This document shows, one piece after another, positions 25,407 to 30,896 of a DNA stretch of 30,896 bases (its first letter is position 1; each line of letters opens with the position of its first letter). The DNA lies in assembly GCA_964464265.1 (NCBI GenBank), contig CAYXFJ010000001.1, positions 3,377 through 34,272 of the forward strand, written 5' to 3'. The position numbers and the translations under genes are program-made. The notes beneath the pieces were generated by a model. That model was not told the DNA's origin. It saw nothing but the letters and a program-made list of their open reading frames with translations, and searched no databases. The stretch is from an uncultured bacterium. GTDB taxonomy: Bacteria > Zhuqueibacterota > QNDG01 > DSAB01.

Positions 25407-27086
25407 TCAATGACGGAAATGTCTCAGACCCATCAGAGCCATGGAAATACCCAGTTCGTTGCATGCATTGACCGAATCTGCATCCCTCAACGATCCTCCG
25501 GGCTGAACGATATAGCGGATACCGAATTCAGCCGCTGTCCGCACCGTGTCGTCGAACGGGAAGAACGCATCTGAAGCAAGCACCATCTCCCCAAACACCT
25601 TTCTGATATAATCTTCGAGAGGTATACCGGGTTTGATGAGATCATACTCGATCTGCAGATTTTCCTGTGCTTTTGTGACCGACAATTTCCTGAGGGAATC
25701 TACCCTGTTGGGCTGGCCTGCACCCATGCCCACGACCTGATAGTATCCGGGACGGTAAGCTCTTCCAAGTACAATAGCGTTGGATTTTGTGTGCTTGCAC
25801 GCTTTATAAGTAAATTCCGCCAGTCCCTTCATGGCTTCCGGGAAAACAATCTTCGTCACACTCTCGAATTTTTCCCATAAGGCCAGGTCACGATCCATTT
25901 CCAGCATTCCCCCGGTGATTTTGCGGTAGGTCTTTGTTTCTGTTTCCTCTTTGTCCGGACGGGTCAGCCTGAGGACACGCAGCGTCTTCGATTCACCAAA
26001 AAGCTCAAGCGCATCTTCGTCATAATCCGGAGCGATGAGCACTTCCACAAATTTATTCGGAGCCTTCTGCGGTACCAGCCTGTTTTTGATAATGGTATAC
26101 CCGAAATGATCCACGTCCTTACCTTTTAAAAACCTGGCAAAATCCAGATCCACTTTCGAGTTGCATGCAATAACGGAACCGAAAGCAGATATGGGGTCCC
26201 CGTACCAGGCTCTTTCAAGCGCTTCAACCGCTGTCTCTCCCGTCGCATAACCGCAGGGATTGGTATGTTTGATCACAGCCACGCCGATCTGCCCCTTCAG
26301 GTCCTTTACCGCTTCCAGTGCTGCATCCGCATCAATATAGTTGTTGTAGGACATTGCCTTTCCCTGAAGAATTTCGGCGCTCGAAACCGCTGTCTCGCGG
26401 CAGTTTTTATCCTTGTAGAAAGCGGCAGTTTGATGGCTGTTCTCACCGTATCTCAGCTGCTGTCCGTCCCCGTATTTGAGCCGGAGGACAGATTCACCGA
26501 GAAAGATGCCGGACAGATGCCGGTCTATCGCGCCATCATAGTCAGCTGTCCGTTTGAAAACTTTCACAGCGAGGGCTTGCCGGGTTTTAAGGGATATTTC
26601 TCCTTTGCCGAGCTCCTCCAGAACCCGGTCGTAATCTTCGGGATCCGTGATCACCGTCACGAACGGATGGTTCTTGGCAGCGCTGCGAAGCAGGGTGGGT
26701 CCTCCGATATCGATATTCTCGATAGCCTCTTCGATCGTGACCCCTTCTTTCTTAAGAGTTTTCTCAAAAGGATACAGATTGACCACGACCATATCAATCC
26801 ATTTGATCCCCATTTCTTTAGCTCTGGCCGCATGATCCTTTCTGTCCCTCAGTCCCAGAATTGCACCGTGTATATTTGGATGAAGGGTTTTAACTCTGCC
26901 ATCCATCATTTCAGGAAATCCTGTGACTTCATCTATCGGGATCACCGGGATGTGGTTCTCTTTCAGAAGACTCGCCGTCCCACCCGTAGACACGATTTCA
27001 TATCCAAAAGCGACAAGCTTGCGGGCGAATTCGACAATTCCGGTCTTATCCGAAACGCTGATCAATGCACGTCGTGGCTCTGCCAA
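25407..27086 (-). CDS. purH: Bifunctional AICAR transformylase / IMP cyclohydrolase
   Basis: RRALISVSDKTG, STGGT, GRVKTLHP, ENIDIGGP, LRYGEN.HQ, SYNN, KHTNPCG, ASDAFFPF, QPGGS, RHFRH. True start is probably TTG 27086 (AAGGAGG 5 nt upstream), not the track's 27131. Confidence 0.97.
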   Translation of the reverse strand: MAEPRRALISVSDKTGIVEFARKLVAFGYEIVSTGGTASLLKENHIPVIPIDEVTGFPEMMDGRVKTLHPNIHGAILGLRDRKDHAARAKEMGIKWIDMVVVNLYPFEKTLKKEGVTIEEAIENIDIGGPTLLRSAAKNHPFVTVITDPEDYDRVLEELGKGEISLKTRQALAVKVFKRTADYDGAIDRHLSGIFLGESVLRLKYGDGQQLRYGENSHQTAAFYKDKNCRETAVSSAEILQGKAMSYNNYIDADAALEAVKDLKGQIGVAVIKHTNPCGYATGETAVEALERAWYGDPISAFGSVIACNSKVDLDFARFLKGKDVDHFGYTIIKNRLVPQKAPNKFVEVLIAPDYDEDALELFGESKTLRVLRLTRPDKEETETKTYRKITGGMLEMDRDLALWEKFESVTKIVFPEAMKGLAEFTYKACKHTKSNAIVLGRAYRPGYYQVVGMGAGQPNRVDSLRKLSVTKAQENLQIEYDLIKPGIPLEDYIRKVFGEMVLASDAFFPFDDTVRTAAEFGIRYIVQPGGSLRDADSVNACNELGISMALMGLRHFRH

Positions 27087-27149
27087 TATCTCCTCCTTTC
27101 TCCATGGGGGAGCTGCCTCATGTACAGCCATACAGATTTCACTCCCTGA

Positions 27150-27163
27150 ATTTTCCGGAAAAT
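27150..27163. promoter_or_regulatory. Perfect 14-bp palindrome ATTTTCCGGAAAAT in the purH leader (candidate operator)
   Basis: Read directly; lies between the predicted promoter and the SD. Confidence 0.35.
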
Positions 27164-27196
27164 ATTTTATTATTTTTTTGACAGGATTACAGTAGT

Positions 27197-27225
27197 AATG
27201 TAATGAATACTTGTGAAATATGCAA
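27197..27225 (-). promoter_or_regulatory. Sigma70-like promoter for purH (TTGCAT-N17-TACATT)
   Basis: -35 at 27225-27220, exact 17-nt spacer, -10 at 27202-27197, within an AT-rich 220-bp intergenic region. Confidence 0.5.
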
Positions 27226-27307
27226 AGGGAATGCCACGGAAGATTTGAGGTAATTTTTCCGTATTTTAAGAAGGCTCCTGGTTGACTGATGTGTTTTATG
27301 ATCAGTT

Positions 27308-27946
27308 TTAATGCATGCTGTGAGGCAGTATGGAAGCCTTGTTACCCTGTATCGCCAGTCTGCCCTGCGCGATGATTTCCAGAACTTCAGGATAAAGCGC
27401 ATGCTCCACCTGAAGCACGCGGGCTGCAAGCGTATCGGGCGTATCGCTGTCTTCCACGGGAACTGGCCTCTGTGCTATGATGGGACCGTGATCGTATGCT
27501 TCATCCACAAGGTGAACGGTGACCCCCGTCACCTTGCACCCATAATCCAGTACCGCCTGATGAACATGATGTCCGTACAATCCTTTTCCACCGAAAGACG
27601 GAAGCAGTGCAGGGTGAATATTAACGATCCGGTTCCTGTAAACCTTAACCACTTCCTGAGGTATTTTCTTCATGTAACCTGCAAGCGCTATCCATTCCAC
27701 GCCATGCTGCGCCAGTTTTTCAATCATTGTTTCCACGAAGACGTCTCGTGATGGAAAATCGTCTTTCCGGATGACAAGATCTGGAATGGCGGATGCGCGG
27801 GCAAGTTCCAGAGCCCCGGCTTCCGGATTGTTCGTTAAAAGCAGCCTGATTTCGGCATGCAGCGTTCCATCCGTTGTATGATTCAGAATGGACTGAAAAT
27901 TCGAACCCCTGCCAGAGGCAAAAACGCCCAGCTGTAATTGTTTCAA
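27308..27946 (-). CDS. purN: Phosphoribosylglycinamide formyltransferase
   Basis: 212 aa; VFASGRGSN, LAGYMK, NIHPALLPSFGG, GVTVHLVDE.YDHGPII; TTG start with GGGAGG SD. Confidence 0.97.
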   Translation of the reverse strand: MKQLQLGVFASGRGSNFQSILNHTTDGTLHAEIRLLLTNNPEAGALELARASAIPDLVIRKDDFPSRDVFVETMIEKLAQHGVEWIALAGYMKKIPQEVVKVYRNRIVNIHPALLPSFGGKGLYGHHVHQAVLDYGCKVTGVTVHLVDEAYDHGPIIAQRPVPVEDSDTPDTLAARVLQVEHALYPEVLEIIAQGRLAIQGNKASILPHSMH

Positions 27947-28033
27947 CGCTCTTCCTCCCGCATGTGAAATTCCGCCCGGAACCTGGCACTGGGAATCTCG
28001 TCCCTTCTGATCCGGTGCCTGCTTCAGGTTGCT

Positions 28034-29314
28034 TCATCTGTCCATCCGGAGAACATCCCAGTTCGGAGTGATCAGGCGATACTCCCCGAAACCGGAATAA
28101 TCCACGAACACAAATTGTCTGTTGACACGGTAATAGGACCAGATCTCATACGGTTTCGATTCCGGATCAAAGGGATGTCTTTCAATGTCGTTGGGCGGTC
28201 CCAGAATGATATAGACCATTCCGCGGTCTGTTTTCCATCCCTCCACATAGGTCCCGAACGTCGTGTTTGAGAATTCGACGCGTCTGTAATATTCTTCCAT
28301 CAGCTCATTTGTTTCCGTACCGGGCGATGGATCCCTCTCCTGCCAGAACTGCTTGAACATCTGATCCTTTGCCGGAGCTTTTGTCTTTTTCAGTTTCTTG
28401 ATCTCACCCGATTTAGCGATGTACTTCAACTGTTCGATCGCTTTTTCCATATTCGACGCAAAAACCGGCATCCCGATCCAGTTGACCGCAAGGGTCGTAT
28501 TTTTTATGATACCTGTATCGCTGTCACCCACGGTCATCTTAAAAATGTATTTGCCGCTCTCCAGCTCCCCTTTATCGATCACGAGGATGACCGGCGTTCT
28601 CCATCCCTTCAGGTGCTGATAAATCACTTCTTTTCTCTGCTCTTTCTCCCTGTAGTCGAAAATCTGATAGGCTATTCTGATGGAATCCCCGGGCAGACGG
28701 TTATACACTTCGAACCATATCAACAAGGATTTCTGAAAATCATCCATATTGGCCAGCACATTCGGGAAAAACGTCATTATCCCCGCAGAATCTGTACTGA
28801 TCCTGTCTGCGATCAGCAGATCACTGATTTCCAGGTCAGAGGAATGGTAATCCGGCAGGATAAGGCTGGACTTACGTCTGCTCGCGAGCTGGTTGTCCAT
28901 GTCCATCACACTGACAAGAAGATCATATTTCCCCGGTACAAATTCGAATCTCTGCCTTAGAAAACTGAATGCGTTGAGAGAATTGGTCTCTTTGAAATCA
29001 TAGGCGAACACTTCCTGTTTGATAATCCTGGCCTCTGCCTGTTCCCCTTGCAGATCGAAAAAGGTCAGGGAGATCTCATATTCAGCCCTGAAAACATCAC
29101 CTGACTGGACGAATTGAAGTTCGTCATAGGGTATCTGGACATGGATCTCGAATATGCTCCTGCCAGAACTGTCTGCGGCCATACTGATTACTGAATAGTA
29201 AAAATCAGGCCCGTTTTTTTCCCTCTCTATGGCATATTCAGGAAGCTGGGCGAGCAGCATTCCGCACAAAAGAAGGCCTGCTCCTGTCCCTCCTGCGGCT
29301 CGTATTATCTTCAT
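28034..29314 (-). CDS. GWxTD domain-containing secreted protein
   Basis: 426 aa; signal-like N-terminus; C-terminal FKQFWQERDPSPGT..NE...EYYRRV...GWKTDRGMVYIILGPP...YEIWSY...FVFVD..GFGEYRL. Confidence 0.9.
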   Translation of the reverse strand: MKIIRAAGGTGAGLLLCGMLLAQLPEYAIEREKNGPDFYYSVISMAADSSGRSIFEIHVQIPYDELQFVQSGDVFRAEYEISLTFFDLQGEQAEARIIKQEVFAYDFKETNSLNAFSFLRQRFEFVPGKYDLLVSVMDMDNQLASRRKSSLILPDYHSSDLEISDLLIADRISTDSAGIMTFFPNVLANMDDFQKSLLIWFEVYNRLPGDSIRIAYQIFDYREKEQRKEVIYQHLKGWRTPVILVIDKGELESGKYIFKMTVGDSDTGIIKNTTLAVNWIGMPVFASNMEKAIEQLKYIAKSGEIKKLKKTKAPAKDQMFKQFWQERDPSPGTETNELMEEYYRRVEFSNTTFGTYVEGWKTDRGMVYIILGPPNDIERHPFDPESKPYEIWSYYRVNRQFVFVDYSGFGEYRLITPNWDVLRMDR

Positions 29315-29356
29315 AACTCCTCCACTTTGAATGAAATATCCCTCCCCTCACAAAAG

Positions 29357-30664
29357 TCAAGAAAGACAGATCCCTGTAAGATCATAAGCACTGCTGCGGG
29401 TTATCCGGACCGGAACGATCTCACCCACCACAGCATTGTTGGTGATCCGGACTTTCTGATCGATCTCCAGACAGTCGCCAGAGGTTCTGCCGTGATATCC
29501 CCTGCTATCCAGACCATCGACCAGCACCGGGACTGTTCTTCCTGTCCATTTTAAGTTCAAGCCTTCGGAGATCCCGCGCTGGGTATCCATGATCTGCCTG
29601 TATCTCCTTCTGGCCAACTGTTTATTCACTGCCTTATAGGAAAAAGCCCTGGTACCCTCTTCGGGAGAGTAAACAAATGCTCCCAGCCTTTCGAATTGTG
29701 TCTCCCTGATGAAATCCAGAAGCTCGAGAAACATTTCCTCAGTCTCTCCGGGAAAACCTGTTATAAAGACGGTCCTCAGCACGACTCCGTTTACACGCTT
29801 CCGGATGTTATTGATGAGCTTCTCAACATGTTTACGTGTCATACCCCTGCCCATGTTTCGAAGCATTTGATCGGAGATGTGCTGCAGCGGAATATCCAGA
29901 TAAGAACAGATCTTTTCTTCAGACGCCATCATCTCGAGAAGGCCATCGGTGACATGCATGGGATGCGCATACATGAGGCGGATCCACTGTATCCCGTCCA
30001 ATTCCACCAAACGCTTCAGAAGAGCCGTGATATCCTCACCCTGGCCCAGATCCTGGCCATATCGGGTTGTATCCTGCGCTATGAGTATCAACTCTTTCAC
30101 CCCGCGCCCTGCAAGAAGCTCTGCTTCCCTTACGATGCTCCGGACGCTGCGGCTCCTGTACTTACCCTTGATCAGGGGGATCGCACAGAATGTGCACTGA
30201 TGATCGCAGCCATCAGCGATCTTAAGGTATGCCGAATGGACGGGTATTGAAAGGGGCCTGTTTCCGCAGGCTGATTCATCATAGCAGTATGAAGGACCAA
30301 TGAAGGTGCGCCCTATCTCTTCGAACGCTTCCACACCGAAATATCCGTCCACCTCGGGGATCTCTTTTTCAAGCTGTTTCCTGTAACGCCCTGACAGGCA
30401 GCCGCACACGAACACTTTCTTCCCGCGTCCTTTCTTTTTTTGTGCAACCGCTTTGAGAATGGCATCTATGGACTCTTTCCTCGCATCCTCAATAAAACCG
30501 CAGGTGTTGACGAGAAGGATATCGGCATCTTCCGTTCCCACAAGTTCCATGCCGTTGCGTGCCAGCTCTCCTGCGATGACCTCGGAATCCACATCGTTTT
30601 TCGGACAACCCAGTGTGATCAGGGCGATTTTCCGTGCGTTGTTCATGTCTCGGGATCCATTCAT
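29357..30664 (-). CDS. rimO: Ribosomal protein S12 methylthiotransferase
   Basis: TLGCPKNDVDSE, VNTCGFIEDA..ESI, YLKIADGCDHQCTFCAIP (CxxxCxxC), LIAQDTT.YG, WIRLMY, YLDIPLQH, GFPGETEE, short TRAM domain. Start 30664 or 30646. Confidence 0.95.
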   Translation of the reverse strand: MNGSRDMNNARKIALITLGCPKNDVDSEVIAGELARNGMELVGTEDADILLVNTCGFIEDARKESIDAILKAVAQKKKGRGKKVFVCGCLSGRYRKQLEKEIPEVDGYFGVEAFEEIGRTFIGPSYCYDESACGNRPLSIPVHSAYLKIADGCDHQCTFCAIPLIKGKYRSRSVRSIVREAELLAGRGVKELILIAQDTTRYGQDLGQGEDITALLKRLVELDGIQWIRLMYAHPMHVTDGLLEMMASEEKICSYLDIPLQHISDQMLRNMGRGMTRKHVEKLINNIRKRVNGVVLRTVFITGFPGETEEMFLELLDFIRETQFERLGAFVYSPEEGTRAFSYKAVNKQLARRRYRQIMDTQRGISEGLNLKWTGRTVPVLVDGLDSRGYHGRTSGDCLEIDQKVRITNNAVVGEIVPVRITRSSAYDLTGICLS

Positions 30665-30778
30665 GATATGGAATGATCCATGTGAGTATTTCCACCGTCA
30701 GGTCCGGCTGCAGTGGTTTCATCCTGAGCTCCAGGGCAGCGAAGAGCTTTTGCCTTTTTGCCGCTCACAGTCCTCATA

Positions 30779-30896
30779 CTACCCCCGCTTCTCATCTCCA
30801 AGAAGTCCCTCCACAAAGGATATGCGGTCAAAGGGGATCAGGTCTTCCAGATCCTCTCCCACACCCACCCACCTGACCGGTATCCCGAGTGTTTTT
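30779..30896 (-). CDS. ftsY: Signal recognition particle receptor, C-terminal 38 aa (5'-truncated by the window edge)
   Basis: Hand translation from 30895: KTLGIPVRWVGVGEDLEDLIPFDRISFVEGLLGDEKRG*, matching the SRP-GTPase end motif P(I/V)xxxGxGExxxDLxxF with an immediate stop (Ffh would continue into an M domain). Confidence 0.85.
   Translation of the reverse strand, partial: KTLGIPVRWVGVGEDLEDLIPFDRISFVEGLLGDEKRG

Noticed and set aside
1907-27165. Shared CCGG(G)AAA(A)TA word in several intergenic regions (1907, 1967, 6893-6903, 27155-27165) as a common operator
   Set aside because: The A-run length differs (3, 4, 5) and CCGG is very frequent throughout the window; not distinguishable from chance without a genome-wide test.
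27087-27307. ZTP (pfl) riboswitch expected upstream of purH
   Set aside because: The conserved CUGGCG and CGCCUGGG pseudoknot strands are not present.
104-30250. Long plus-strand ORFs (e.g. 104-931, 2437-3132, 2972-4114, 7100-7762, 8133-9176, 9907-10881, 13523-14395, 26265-27149, 29696-30250)
   Set aside because: Each lies antisense to a motif-supported minus-strand gene and shows no recognisable domain; they are shadow ORFs of the coding strand's codon pattern.
30489-30722. 77-aa minus-strand ORF overlapping the rimO start
   Set aside because: Overlaps rimO out of frame by ~175 nt, with no motif or clear SD.
30690-30760. AAAGGCAAA followed by a hairpin, resembling a c-di-GMP-I riboswitch
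   Set aside because: No GNRA tetraloop or receptor, no GACGCAAAGC junction and no 3' strand to close P1.
1-30896. CRISPR arrays, tRNA/rRNA genes, frameshifted pseudogenes
   Set aside because: No regularly spaced repeat-spacer series, no TpsiC/anticodon cloverleaf and no broken reading frames were found; intergenic gaps are all under about 220 bp.

Overview
30.9-kb bacterial window in which every credible gene is on the minus strand; no rRNA, tRNA, CRISPR array or intact mobile element was seen. In transcription order (right to left): 3' end of ftsY, rimO, a GWxTD-domain protein, purN, purH, lgt, a YbgF/CpoB-like TPR lipoprotein, a full-length but active-site-divergent GlgA homolog, a STAS-HTH fusion and an intrinsic terminator. 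A tightly packed 15-gene surface-polysaccharide locus follows (2017-21155): wza, wzc, UDP-uronate 4-epimerase-like SDR, priming phosphoglycosyltransferase, GT4, asnB-type amidotransferase, SAM methyltransferase, GlpD-like FAD oxidoreductase, second SDR, LbH acyltransferase, two GT4, wzx, membrane-anchored PIG-L deacetylase and CelD/BcsL-type GNAT. The window ends in a secreted FG-GAP x7 / ASPIC-UnbV / beta-sandwich / dockerin-like protein that runs off the left edge; it is missing from the ORF track and was translated by hand. Most interesting points: (1) the locus has more tailoring enzymes than glycosyltransferases and no Wzy polymerase; (2) the GlpD-like enzyme has lost the motifs expected for glycerol-3-phosphate binding and is translationally coupled to an SDR; (3) a probable pseudo-GlgA plus STAS-HTH pair sits directly upstream as a candidate regulatory module; (4) a highly structured ~90-nt intergenic element follows the priming transferase. 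Gene content (GWxTD, FCB-style GlgA N-terminus, dockerin-like secreted protein) suggests an FCB-group organism such as KSB1/Calditrichota; this is inference only. All family calls come from motif recognition by eye, with no database searches.
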